The notes under the pieces: generated by a model
What the model was told of the DNA's origin: nothing
The model's input: the letters and a program-made list of their open reading frames with translations, nothing else
Database searches by the model: none
Virus record (IMG/VR): IMGVR_UViG_3300028624_000004
Span: 96,001 to 160,000 of that record
DNA from: a virus
Taxonomy: Duplodnaviria > Caudoviricetes
Direction: 5' to 3' (one strand)
Length of the DNA: 64,000 nucleotides
Position numbers and translations under genes: made by a program
Shown here: positions 14,016 to 24,268 of the stretch, piece by piece
Position numbering within the stretch: position 1 is the stretch's first letter
Layout of the letters: every line of letters starts with the position of its first letter

Positions 14016-14687
14016 ATGTGGGGATACTACGGCTCTAAAAGCAAAATAGTCAAAAAGTATCCCGCTCCACGGTTGGATAAGATAATAGAGCCGTTTGCTG
14101 GAACTGCTCAATATAGTTTATTACACTTCGAAAAAGAAGTGACACTTGTTGAGAAATATGATGTTATTGCGAAGCTATGGAAGTGGCTACAGAGTTGCAG
14201 CAAGAGCGACATCACGGGTCTTCCTCGCTTGAAGTGCGGTGAAAATGTGGATGACTTCAAGTGGGACTGTGAAGAAGCCAAGTGGCTGGTTGGGTTCATC
14301 ATAACAGGTGCGCCATCCCAGCCCAAGAAGACGGCATCCAAGTGGAAGACGATCATTCGCCCTAATACACAGGAATACAAGCTGAAGTCTATCTCAGAGA
14401 ATCTCTACAAGATAAAACACTGGAAGATAATCCATGGTGACTATAGCGACTTGAAGAACGAGGAAGCAACTTGGTTCATAGATCCGCCTTACCAGTTTGG
14501 TGGGCAATACTATAAACACGGAAATAAAAACATTGATTTTTCTTCCCTGGCTGTATGATGTAAAGAGAGAAAGGGGCAAGTCATCGTATGTGAAAACAGC
14601 AAAGCATCTTGGCTACCCTTTTCGTCGCTTACAGAGATGCATGGCGTCAAATTCAACACAACCGAATGTATGTATCATCAAAACTAA
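14016..14687 (+). pseudogene. Dam-like (D12 class) adenine methyltransferase interrupted by in-frame TGA at 14556-14558
   Basis: YYGSKSK, EPFAG, FIDPPY; frame continues after TGA as CKERKGQVIVCENSKASWLPF...HQN* to 14687, where the next RBS begins. Confidence 0.8.
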
Positions 14688-14694
14688 GGAACAC

Positions 14695-14868
14695 ATGGAA
14701 ATAAAATACGAAATACTAACTTCCCCAGCAGTAGATGCCGATCTTTTTTATGTATATAAAATGGTATATATTAAAGGCGAGATAAAAAGCTCCCACAGGA
14801 TTTATGAATCAAAAGATATGACATCGTGCCGCAACATGATAACGGAGCTTGAAAGGAGCTTAAAGTGA
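14695..14868 (+). CDS. Small hypothetical protein (true start of track ORF 14497..14868)
   Basis: AAGGA RBS before ATG 14695. Confidence 0.55.
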   Translation: MEIKYEILTSPAVDADLFYVYKMVYIKGEIKSSHRIYESKDMTSCRNMITELERSLK

Positions 14869-15254
14869 AAGTCAAGGAACTTATAGAGAGTCTCCAACGG
14901 ATGCATGACCAAGAAGCCGAAGTTGTCATTCATGTTGATCCTGGCTACGGAGCAGTAGGAGGCTCCCCGTGCGTTCCAGTATTCGGAGCCAGCAACGGCA
15001 TTGACTGGGACGCTGGTAAGGTATTCATTGACACCAAAGAGAAGCTCTATACGAACATCGAAGAAGTCCGCAAGGAAGCTGGAAAGCTCCAGAAAATACT
15101 CGGTTGGTATGTATCTTCCAAGTCAGGTGGCGGCGGCATGGACTCCAAGGGATTTAATAGGATTGTAAAACAAATGATGGAGGATATAGTAAAGGAGAAG
15201 AAACTTGAATGGCTCTGCGAGCCTCTGCCAAAGAGAACGAAAGGAACACCATGA
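14865..15254 (+). CDS. Phage hypothetical protein (MKVKELIE.L family)
   Basis: GTGA overlap, common phage N-terminus. Confidence 0.65.
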   Translation: MKVKELIESLQRMHDQEAEVVIHVDPGYGAVGGSPCVPVFGASNGIDWDAGKVFIDTKEKLYTNIEEVRKEAGKLQKILGWYVSSKSGGGGMDSKGFNRIVKQMMEDIVKEKKLEWLCEPLPKRTKGTP

Positions 15255-15346
15255 TATTTTTAGTATTTTTCGGAGGCATTGCTATTATGATAGCAGCTTT
15301 CATATTCTTCCAGAGACAATATAATAAAAAGAAATAAGGAAACACA

Positions 15347-15844
15347 ATGATACTTCTTTACATATTTTTAGGTCTTATACTCATTGGTGGATATCTCATC
15401 TACAAGTATAATTATGACTTTAAGGGACATGGGTGGATTTATGGTTATTTGATGTTTTCGAGTGTTGTTAGCTTATTTCTATATTTTATGATATCTATGA
15501 TATTATTCAGCATACTTGCAAAGCCAGCTATAGATATTGAATGTAATATAATATCAATGACGCGGCAAACCGACTTAGAAGGAAGCTTTGTATTGGGAAC
15601 CGGATCTATACATAATGTAAGATACTACATTTATAGAGTGCAGTATAGTGATGGTGGTATTCGAGAATATACTGCGCCAATTCATCAGACTACTCTATAT
15701 GAGACTGATGACACACCAAAGATGGTTAGATATATGTGGGCAATGTCGAGAAATATAACTCTTATGCGTCGTCCAAATGAACAATATGAATATAAGTTCT
15801 ACGTTCCGAGGGGTTGTGTCGTTAAAGAATTTAACATAAACTAA
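15347..15844 (+). CDS. Two-TM membrane protein, phage hypothetical
   Basis: Two hydrophobic helices, GSFVLGTG and FYVPRG motifs; AAGGA RBS. Confidence 0.65.
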   Translation: MILLYIFLGLILIGGYLIYKYNYDFKGHGWIYGYLMFSSVVSLFLYFMISMILFSILAKPAIDIECNIISMTRQTDLEGSFVLGTGSIHNVRYYIYRVQYSDGGIREYTAPIHQTTLYETDDTPKMVRYMWAMSRNITLMRRPNEQYEYKFYVPRGCVVKEFNIN

Positions 15845-15854
15845 AGGAGAATAT

Positions 15855-16025
15855 ATGGCAAAATTACATACCCATTTAAAAGAGGCTTATGAGAAACTTG
15901 ATGATTTACGAGAGAGACTTGAGTTTCTTGGTCTAAAGAAGGAACAAAAGTTTCTTGAAGAAGCCAGAGAGTCGCTTAACAGATATCTTTCGGTTGTGGA
16001 GAAATTTGATAAGAGTAAGAAATGA
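15855..16025 (+). CDS. 56-aa hypothetical protein (absent from ORF track)
   Basis: AAGGAG RBS, MAKLHTHLKEAY...SKK*, ATGA overlap with next gene. Confidence 0.6.
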   Translation: MAKLHTHLKEAYEKLDDLRERLEFLGLKKEQKFLEEARESLNRYLSVVEKFDKSKK

Positions 16026-16558
16026 AGTCCACACTCATCGTTAATCTTTTTGGAAGTCCCGGCACTGGAAAATCGACTATGGCTGGTGGCATATTCAACA
16101 TGCTTAAGACGGCAGACTACAATGTTGAGTATGTTCAGGAGTTTGCTAAGACACTGACATGGGAAAAGAATCATGTTGCTCTGTCAAACCAGTTTTATGT
16201 GTCTGGAGTTCAGAACTATACGCAGAACATGCTTCTTGGTCAGGTTCAGGCAGTCATAACAGATTCTCCAACGCTTCTTGGGCTTCTTTACTACAGAGAA
16301 CCTAATGTCAAAATCAACACGCTCTTTTATAAGTTTATGGTAGAAACCTTCAAGGCTCAGAATAACATCAACTTCTTCCTGAATCGTAAAAAGAAGTACA
16401 ATCCATCGGGGAGAAATCAAACAGAAGAAGAGTCAGACAAGATTGCCGAAAATATGCTTTCATTGCTGCGAGTCAATAAGATACCATTTGATATGGTCGA
16501 TGGAAATGACGCTGGAAAGCAGATAATATATGATAAGGTTATTGAGCGTCTGAAGTGA
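16022..16558 (+). CDS. P-loop kinase/ATPase (NadR/Ttd14-like AAA domain)
   Basis: NLFGSPGTGKST, EFAKTLTWE, ITDSP, GRNQTEEES. Confidence 0.8.
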   Translation: MKSTLIVNLFGSPGTGKSTMAGGIFNMLKTADYNVEYVQEFAKTLTWEKNHVALSNQFYVSGVQNYTQNMLLGQVQAVITDSPTLLGLLYYREPNVKINTLFYKFMVETFKAQNNINFFLNRKKKYNPSGRNQTEEESDKIAENMLSLLRVNKIPFDMVDGNDAGKQIIYDKVIERLK

Positions 16559-16823
16559 GAAAACATGTCTATTATCAAAGGTATAAGTGTATCTTTCTAA
16601 AGGATATTAAAAACTATAAGGCAAAAACCAAAGGGACGGCTATGTTGCTCCCCCACGGTGACGGGGATCATTGGTATCTGTCGGTTAAAGAGACAGAATC
16701 TATTCTTACACATGACGCTAAAGAAGGAATTGACTTTAAGCTTGATGTAGAGATAATAGAAGATGTAACAACACTTGCGCCGTCAGAACCAGATAAACCT
16801 GTAAAGAGAAAGAGACTAAAGAA

Positions 16824-17732
16824 ATGAACGACTTCAACATTGTATCCAACGAAGAGTTTGCTCTTATAGAGAGAATGAGAAAAGAAAAACAACATGAAGA
16901 ATATAAGTATCTCCACTTGCTCAAAGATATTATGGAGAAAGGCGTTCGTTGCCCCAATAGAACAGGAGTAGATGCTCTAACACTTCCCCATGCTGTATTA
17001 TCATTTGATATGGCTAATGGGTTCCCTCTCTTTACTCATAAGAAGATGGCTACAAAAACTTTCAAGGTTGAACTTGAGGGGTTTATAAAGGGAATAACTG
17101 ATAAGAAGTGGTATCAAGATAGAGGATGTCATATTTGGGACGAGTGGTGTAACCCAACAAAAGTCAAATATGGTCACGACGCAGATACTAAAAAGAAAAT
17201 GAGAGAAGAAAATGATTTAGGAAAAATTTACGGATACCAGTGGAGGAATTTTAACTCTCAGGGGGTTGATCAACTTAAATGGATAGTTGAGGAATTAAAA
17301 AAGAATCCATCAAATAGACAACTGGTGTGTAGTGCGTGGAATCCTGTTGAGAAGGCTGAACAAGGACTACCCCCATGCCATGTTTTATGGAATGTATTCA
17401 CTACCGATAACACGCTTCATCTTTGCTGGTTTCAAAGAAGTTGCGATTTTCCGTTGGGGATTCCTGCGAATGTTATGAGCTACTCACTTCTACTTCATCT
17501 TCTTTGTAAAGAGACTGGATTGGTCCCTGGTAAGGTATCCGGATTCCTATCAAATTGCCACATATATGTTAATCAAATAGATGGTGTTAAAGAAGCATTA
17601 ACAAGACCAGTATATGATTTCCCACAGGTAAAGACCGATAAATTTACTTCAATATTTGATTGGGAAGCCAATAACACTAAATTTGATAACTATAAATGTG
17701 GCGATAAGATACCTTTCATTATTGCTGTGTGA
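16824..17732 (+). CDS. thyA: Thymidylate synthase
   Basis: NRTGV, LGKIYGYQWR, AWNP, LPPCH, QRSCD.PLGIP.N, HIYVNQ. Confidence 0.96.
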   Translation: MNDFNIVSNEEFALIERMRKEKQHEEYKYLHLLKDIMEKGVRCPNRTGVDALTLPHAVLSFDMANGFPLFTHKKMATKTFKVELEGFIKGITDKKWYQDRGCHIWDEWCNPTKVKYGHDADTKKKMREENDLGKIYGYQWRNFNSQGVDQLKWIVEELKKNPSNRQLVCSAWNPVEKAEQGLPPCHVLWNVFTTDNTLHLCWFQRSCDFPLGIPANVMSYSLLLHLLCKETGLVPGKVSGFLSNCHIYVNQIDGVKEALTRPVYDFPQVKTDKFTSIFDWEANNTKFDNYKCGDKIPFIIAV

Positions 17733-18498
17733 TTAGTTTGTAGTTAGGGAACTTAATTGGGTTGTTTAGTCTATTTCTTATAGATGCGACTGCACAATTA
17801 AGTTTCTTCGATGCTTCTGTAAAACTATCATAAATGACACCATCAACTTGAATTTTTATTTTATTGGTATTGTTAATTCTATTTCTCTCTATCATCATTT
17901 TTGATATCTTTTTTCTTGTTTTATTCGAGTGAGTTTTCCCAAAAAATGGATTTTGTTTGCCATTACGATCCCTACATTTACTACATGAGTTTTTGCTTTT
18001 AGTCCATTTTCTAATAGTAACGCCACAGATAGGACAAGTGTAGAATGTCGTTCCCCCGCGCCAGTTAGGGTTGCTTTCTCCGCACATATTTTCAGCGTAT
18101 TGTGACTTCTCTTCTTCCGTTTTCATATCCCATCTTCTTTGTGTAGCCACTCGTTGCTTTTCCTTTATCCCATCAATATTGGGATGATAAGAAATCAAAT
18201 CCCCACCCGAAGCCGACTTGGACATGTTGTAGCCCACTTTAACATTCCAAGGTGTGTATGTATCTAAATGATATTGTTCTTTTTCTAATAGTATCTTTTT
18301 ATTCACTTCTTCAACTATCTCAAAAATAAAACTCTTTTCTCCATATTTGTTCCATGCTCGCTGAAGGTGAATACAATGATGTCTGTTATGCCTTAGATCA
18401 CACCGATGTGTCTTCCATCTTTTCTTGATATTCACGCTGCTTCCAAGATAATATTTACCATTAACCCTATTAACTATCTTATAAATCCCACAAGTCAT
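17719..18498 (-). CDS. Free-standing GIY-YIG homing endonuclease with NUMOD3-type repeats
   Basis: GIYKI...YYLGSS..IKKRW..H, LQRAWNKYG, NPFFGKTHS; convergent on thyA. Confidence 0.9.
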   Translation of the reverse strand: MTCGIYKIVNRVNGKYYLGSSVNIKKRWKTHRCDLRHNRHHCIHLQRAWNKYGEKSFIFEIVEEVNKKILLEKEQYHLDTYTPWNVKVGYNMSKSASGGDLISYHPNIDGIKEKQRVATQRRWDMKTEEEKSQYAENMCGESNPNWRGGTTFYTCPICGVTIRKWTKSKNSCSKCRDRNGKQNPFFGKTHSNKTRKKISKMMIERNRINNTNKIKIQVDGVIYDSFTEASKKLNCAVASIRNRLNNPIKFPNYKLITQQ

Positions 18499-18499
18499 T

Positions 18500-18655
18500 T
18501 CATATCTCCTTTACATTAACTCTTACATGGGCATTCAATCCAACGAACCGAAGATACTCGCTTAGTTGCTTAAACCCCAACTCATTTGCCTTTATAACCA
18601 TTCTCTCCTTTTCATCATCGGTTATGCGAATATGTACTTGTTTTTCTTTACTCAT
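18500..18655 (-). CDS. 51-aa ribbon-helix-helix (MobC/NikA-like) protein (absent from ORF track)
   Basis: MSKEKQVHIRITDDEKERMVIKANELGFKQLSEYLRFVGLN; AGGAG RBS and TATAAATA upstream. Confidence 0.75.
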   Translation of the reverse strand: MSKEKQVHIRITDDEKERMVIKANELGFKQLSEYLRFVGLNAHVRVNVKEI

Positions 18656-19369
18656 TGTGTATCTCCTATATACACATATTTATACGCCATCTATTGATTT
18701 ATGGAAAAAATCTTTATAATGTAAGTATGACAATGACCCCTTATGACCTAACAAGCAAACAAGTCAAATTTTCCATGATTTCTCGTATGATATCGGAGTC
18801 GAGAGAAGAAACCGACCCAATTAAATTAAAGAGTTTTCGTATGAACATACAAAAATATTTAGACTATGAAGATTATAACGTAGGAGATTGGCATGAAGGA
18901 TATGTTGGGTGTTTAGAAAATTTTGAAAATAAATTAACTGATGAAATAATTGATATTTATCTTAACAATGTAAGAAGATATATCCTATCGGGATCTTCTA
19001 TCATTCCTTCAGATGAAAAGTTACTATCTTCACCGTCTTTTTTTAAGTAAAATACTGAGTTGTTTACGGATGTATTTTCTTAATATTATTAATTTTATCA
19101 AAGGAGTCAAATGAGATACGACCTCGAAAACCTCAACCATCGCAACCTGCTTAGGGATCACGCTGCCTTGGAAGGTGACGATTGTCCCGTAGATGATATC
19201 TGTGACTCTGTTCCCGACATCCTCAACTATATATGCGTTTTAGAGGGTCAGGTAAGAAGCCTGAAGTCAAAGAATCAGAACCTCGCTGCTGCCGTTTCAA
19301 ATGCTGAAAGAAAGATAAATAACCTTAAGAGCCAAAAACAAAGGCGACTTAAGAAACGGGGAAAGTAAC

Positions 19370-19915
19370 ATGGGCGACATTATACTGAAACAACTAAGGG
19401 AATCGTGGCTTACTTTGACAGAAGAAAAGAAGGAAGAAACTTTCTGTTACATGTTATATGTATCACCTGAAGACGAAAAACCTTTTGTAGACCTCCAAAA
19501 GAATCTTAAGTTAGATGGGGAACTTATAGAATCCGGTAAGTTTCATGCTACTGTCAGATACGTCAAATCCGAAAAAGACCCAAAACCTTTCATAGAGTTT
19601 CTGAAATCACTGGATCTTAATAACATTGAAGCAACCTGTAAGGGGTTTGAAATCTATGGCGTGGATAAAGACACACTGGTTGTTGAATTAGAAGGAAAGA
19701 AGATACACGACTGGTTCAATAAAGTCAATGATTGGTTGGTGGACCACGGATACCCTAAATCAGATTATCCAGAGTATAAGCCTCATATCTCCCTCACAGA
19801 AAAGAAAGATATAGAGAAGCCGGAATGGAAAAAAGAATACGAACAGAAAGTCAAGTTTAAGATACACGTAGTAACTGATACTGACAGAGAAGAAATATTC
19901 CGCTCCATATGCTAA
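19370..19915 (+). CDS. 2H phosphoesterase, Acb1 (T4 gp57B)-like
   Basis: Two Hx(T/S) motifs (KFHATVRY, DYPEYKPHISL) and DTLVVEL segment as in Acb1. Confidence 0.78.
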   Translation: MGDIILKQLRESWLTLTEEKKEETFCYMLYVSPEDEKPFVDLQKNLKLDGELIESGKFHATVRYVKSEKDPKPFIEFLKSLDLNNIEATCKGFEIYGVDKDTLVVELEGKKIHDWFNKVNDWLVDHGYPKSDYPEYKPHISLTEKKDIEKPEWKKEYEQKVKFKIHVVTDTDREEIFRSIC

Positions 19916-19927
19916 AAAAGCATCCCC

Positions 19928-20359
19928 ATGATATATGATGATGTCAATATTAAAATTATCTCTCGTAGAGAATGGGGATTAAAAGCAGACCCAACAGAAT
20001 ATGTCTATGAAAAGCAGACCATTTTAATACGTGAAGATTATTTTTCTCAGATGAAGAAAAACAACCCATTGACACATCACTGGTTCGTCCACGAATTTGC
20101 CCACCATATTCAATTGAAGTCAATGGGTATTGATTATATAAAAGAAGATAAGAGTTTATATCCGGATAATAAAGTAGAAAGATATGCCTTTGCTTATCAA
20201 TTCTACTATCTCATGGAAAATAAATGCTGTCAAACAATCCAAGAGTTATTTGACCGGGATCATTTTTTCCGGCAGAAGAGAATATACGCTAATCAGCTAA
20301 CATATTATTGGAATAATGCTAATTTTATACTTGGCGATTTACCAATAAAAACATCTTGA
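19928..20359 (+). CDS. Putative zincin-like metallopeptidase
   Basis: VHEFAHHIQ (HExxH) with downstream YP.N.VE.YAF. Confidence 0.6.
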   Translation: MIYDDVNIKIISRREWGLKADPTEYVYEKQTILIREDYFSQMKKNNPLTHHWFVHEFAHHIQLKSMGIDYIKEDKSLYPDNKVERYAFAYQFYYLMENKCCQTIQELFDRDHFFRQKRIYANQLTYYWNNANFILGDLPIKTS

Positions 20360-20905
20360 CTTGCGAAATAATATTGTCATAATGGTGGTCATGGTACATT
20401 CACTATTGTCTGAACTAGCATCTGACCTAAATATTGACGATAACATTATAATGAATATTATAGAAAACTCTATAGATTTCAATAGCTTCTATATCAAGAT
20501 TAAAACCCTGTATCCAGAAGTATCTGCCAATGTCTGTTTAGATGCGTGGGCTGCACATTGGGAAACCTATTCACGATCATAAAGGAAATGACATGAGTGA
20601 CTTAGATGATATTATCCACGTTAGTGTCCATAAGGAAGATGTAAATAGTCTTCCAAAGACCGTTCAGAAGTTTGTAAGTGATTACTCTGATATTGAATTC
20701 TATCCAGAAGGTTTGAAGAAGGGAAAGAAATTCAATAAGGTCATGGAGTTCAAGCGACTTCTCAAGGAACTTGAAAGTGTCAGAAGTAAAAACAACGGGG
20801 AAGAAAGTAATATTGAGTGTATCGTATATGACCAACTTCAGGAGCTTATGCATCGCATGATGCTTTCGGAGCTTAGGGAATTGAACCTTGAAAGGCTTAA
20901 ATAAT

Positions 20906-21937
20906 ATGAAAACAATAATCCACTTACCATCCTGGGAGGCTATACAGCGAGTCCCCAATGATCTTATTGCGATATCACACTTGATTACTTATAGTGTCCA
21001 GACCATGAACGGGGAATATGCTCCCCGTGTTGTTGTCTATAAGACTCGCAACGGGATGCAGGGACATCATATTTCCCATGAACAGCTTCAGATTCTTCAA
21101 GATGCTGTATTGAATGACAAGCCACTGCCAGAGTTTATGAAGTCAAACTGGCAGAAGGCTCAAGAGATATGTGACGAGTTGAAAGAATGCAGAAATAGCA
21201 ACTCGCATAAGACAATTCAGAGTCGCTTAAAGAAACTTGAGAGTGACTTATTTCCGCCGGGACATTACTATGACATCACTAGCGTCAATGTCCCCACAAA
21301 TAAAGATAGACTTTCAATAATAGAAAAAAAGTTAGGTGTTGTTCAGTCGCCTGGAGATGATTTAGGTCGCTTGGAGAATTGCGAGTTTCACTTGAAGAAT
21401 ACATACTGGAGACTGAGGAAACTTGACGATGAGATTTATCCAACTAAAAAAGATGTAGAGGGTATGCCAGCCACCATTACATATGATGGTTGGATGAAGC
21501 GGTTGGAAGAGAAACTTGGTGTAGATTTAGCATTTACCAGTATTGACCATCGCTTGAGGAATATAGAGAAAGCTTGGAGAGAAAAGCAATCAAGAGAGTG
21601 GCACTATGGTAGTAAAGATAAAATGCCATATACCAACTATACTCCATATGTTCCCCGTTGCATAAAGCACCAACAGGCATTTCAAGATGGCTTTCGAGAT
21701 GGCTTTCGAGATGGCTTACAGGAGAAGTTTGGGAATAAAACTTGTAAGTATAACGTAGGCGACACTTTGGAGTTTCATACCGAGAGGGGAAAAGTAATCA
21801 AGACAATCGGGCGTGTTGGTTCATTATATCTCTTTACTGATGGTACATCGGAATGTAGCGATTGGGTCGATAAAAATACTTGTAGTATCTGTAAAGTAAC
21901 CCCACTAAAACCATTTACTCCCGAATTCTCCTGCTAA
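20906..21937 (+). CDS. Hypothetical protein with repeated RL..LE.KL helices
   Basis: Long ORF; six RLxxLE-like units; DGFR tandem repeat. Confidence 0.6.
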   Translation: MKTIIHLPSWEAIQRVPNDLIAISHLITYSVQTMNGEYAPRVVVYKTRNGMQGHHISHEQLQILQDAVLNDKPLPEFMKSNWQKAQEICDELKECRNSNSHKTIQSRLKKLESDLFPPGHYYDITSVNVPTNKDRLSIIEKKLGVVQSPGDDLGRLENCEFHLKNTYWRLRKLDDEIYPTKKDVEGMPATITYDGWMKRLEEKLGVDLAFTSIDHRLRNIEKAWREKQSREWHYGSKDKMPYTNYTPYVPRCIKHQQAFQDGFRDGFRDGLQEKFGNKTCKYNVGDTLEFHTERGKVIKTIGRVGSLYLFTDGTSECSDWVDKNTCSICKVTPLKPFTPEFSC

Positions 21938-21938
21938 T

Positions 21939-22700
21939 ATGCATTACCGCTCCTTATTCGTATCCGATATACACCTTGGCACCCGCCAATGCCGTGTAGA
22001 GTATCTTTTAAAGTTTATTCATGACAATACCTTTGATAATGTGTTTCTCATAGGAGACATTATAGACATTCAAGCAATGTCGCATAAATGGTATTGGGCG
22101 AAGGAACACAACACATTCGTTCAGAAGATATTGAGATTGGCAAGAAAGCAAACCTCCGTTTATTACATTGTTGGAAACCATGATGAAGCACTAAGAGACT
22201 TTTTGGAGAAAGGAATGCATTTTTCTTTTGGCGACATCCGTGTATGTAATGAATATGAATACAAGAGTGTTTCTGGGAAGAATGTATTGCTGCTCCATGG
22301 TGATGAATTTGACGGGGCTTTTAGGTCGATGGGGTGGTTATATTTTTTTGGAGATAGAGCGTATGAAATCTGCCTCTCCTTGAATTCGATTTATAACTGG
22401 TGGAGAAGAAAGTTCGGAATGGGATATTGGTCACTGTCGTCATATCTCAAGTCAAAGGTAAAGTCAGCAATGCAATCAGTTAATAACTTCGATGAGTTGG
22501 TAGTTAGGCGGTGCATTATATCAGGGAGTGACATTTTGATTTACGGACATTCGCACACCCCAGGGATGAAAAAAATAAAATCAAAATATCTTTTGAATAC
22601 TGGCGATCAAGTAGAAAATTTCACTTGCATTGTAGAAACTGAAGAAGGAAAATTTCAATTGATTAAGATGACAGATGGTAGTATCGTTGGGGAAGCATAA
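21939..22700 (+). CDS. LpxH-like (UDP-2,3-diacylglucosamine diphosphatase family) metallophosphoesterase
   Basis: SDIHLG, GDIID, GNHD, LHGD.FD, GHSH, NTGD. Confidence 0.85.
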   Translation: MHYRSLFVSDIHLGTRQCRVEYLLKFIHDNTFDNVFLIGDIIDIQAMSHKWYWAKEHNTFVQKILRLARKQTSVYYIVGNHDEALRDFLEKGMHFSFGDIRVCNEYEYKSVSGKNVLLLHGDEFDGAFRSMGWLYFFGDRAYEICLSLNSIYNWWRRKFGMGYWSLSSYLKSKVKSAMQSVNNFDELVVRRCIISGSDILIYGHSHTPGMKKIKSKYLLNTGDQVENFTCIVETEEGKFQLIKMTDGSIVGEA

Positions 22701-23840
22701 AGGAACCTAATGCCCTCCAACTCCAACCATGTCTGCTTCGACTGTCGGGTTACTTTTAAGCATACGGGAGCATGTCCCCATTGTCATAGGAGTCTTATCA
22801 GTTGCGGGAAGCAATGGCGGTTCCCCAAAAAGTCTGATATAAAGGGCTGGAAGAAGACATTTGAGTTGGTCATGAAGAATCCATACTTTAAGGAAATATA
22901 TGAGAATAGGAGTAGTGAATGAACGAAATAATATGGACACCGATAATGTCAAATACTATGGGAGTATTTGGATATAAGCCAATGAGACTTATTAAATATA
23001 GCAATGAATGTTATTACAAACTTCCTCTTATTGATATGGGATATAGTGGTCATAGATACACACCATCCGATGATCGCCCGTTATTTAACACAGAAGAAGC
23101 ATGCCAGAAGTGGTGTGATGAAGAGAACACAAAGGAAACCAAATGAAACCTCTCCCAAAACGAATCACAAACAAAATTTTATCTAATAAGAAACTTTCGG
23201 AGAATGATGCTGTCCAATTATGTATGTGGGGATATTTTGGCATCGCCGGCAGTCTTAAAAGAAATAGACAAAATAACTTCACACATTGTGGCGCAGGCAT
23301 TGAATGTGCCTTGAGAGAGGCATATCAACACGGTAGAGATTCTGTAAAGGAAACTAAATGAAACCGACTCAAGAGCAAATTGACCGAGCCGTAGAGCTAC
23401 GGGAAGAGATTATCAGCATATCCCGAGCCATTGATGCTATGGGAGTAACCGCAGCAGACTTGAGACATGCTCAGATCAAGCTGAGTTCCGCCGAAAGGGG
23501 CATGGATGACTTTATAGCCAAGGCACAGAGAGGGGAGATAGAATAATGGCACTCATGGACTACGACTACAACGACCCCAGCAGAGTTGCTGAACGGGAAG
23601 AAGCCGAGAAGGAGCGGCAGAAGTGGCTTGACGAGGATATTGAATTGAAACTTACGGAAAATGTAAGAGGATTCAACACAGGCATTAGAGTATTCTTCAT
23701 CAAACGAAGAGACTTGATAGACCTTATCAACGGCTCTGGTGCCTTGGATGACATTAGGAATAGTTGTAGTCGAAGCGATTTATATCATATTATTATATAA
23801 ATCTCTGCGATTTATATAATATGAGGTTTAAGGAAACTCA

Positions 23841-24020
23841 ATGCCAACCGGAAAAACATGTGGTAACTGTCAGCATTTCATTAGAATAAAAAATCCCTCT
23901 TTTCAACATGGAGGGCGTAACGGCATCTGTGATATATTTGACTATAATTGTAATACTGATTCTTCATACGCAAAGCAATGCGATAAATATAAAGCATCTT
24001 ATAAAGGTAAAGAGAAATAA
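23841..24020 (+). CDS. 59-aa Cys-rich protein (absent from ORF track)
   Basis: AAGGA RBS; MPTGKTCGNCQHF...GIC...C...QCDKY. Confidence 0.55.
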   Translation: MPTGKTCGNCQHFIRIKNPSFQHGGRNGICDIFDYNCNTDSSYAKQCDKYKASYKGKEK

Positions 24021-24268
24021 ACCTATTGATTTTTGTAATAAACTACTTACAATAATTGTATGAAGAATGGATACGATACCCCAGAAGCATACGCTCGTAT
24101 GAACTACCTCATTGATGTGGTTCGCGGGAACATGTCTTGGGTCAAGTGGGAGTTTCTTGACGAGGACACTAAGAGGATATACAGAGAAGAAGCTTCGTTA
24201 GTCGAATATGTCATCACAGAAGATGACTTGGATAACTTTGAAGCAGCCATGGAACTACGGGAGAAAGC

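Noticed and set aside
14556-14558. Genome-wide TGA (or TAG) recoding
   Set aside because: Conserved genes such as clpP and rmlA end at TGA at expected lengths, many ATGA/GTGA overlaps exist, and TGG is used for Trp throughout; only this one TGA is anomalous.
16824-18498. Group I intron in thyA as in T4 td
   Set aside because: thyA is uninterrupted; the GIY-YIG gene is free-standing and convergent.
21686-21720. GATGGCTTTCGA tandem repeat
   Set aside because: Short in-frame coding repeat (DGFR); no further structure.
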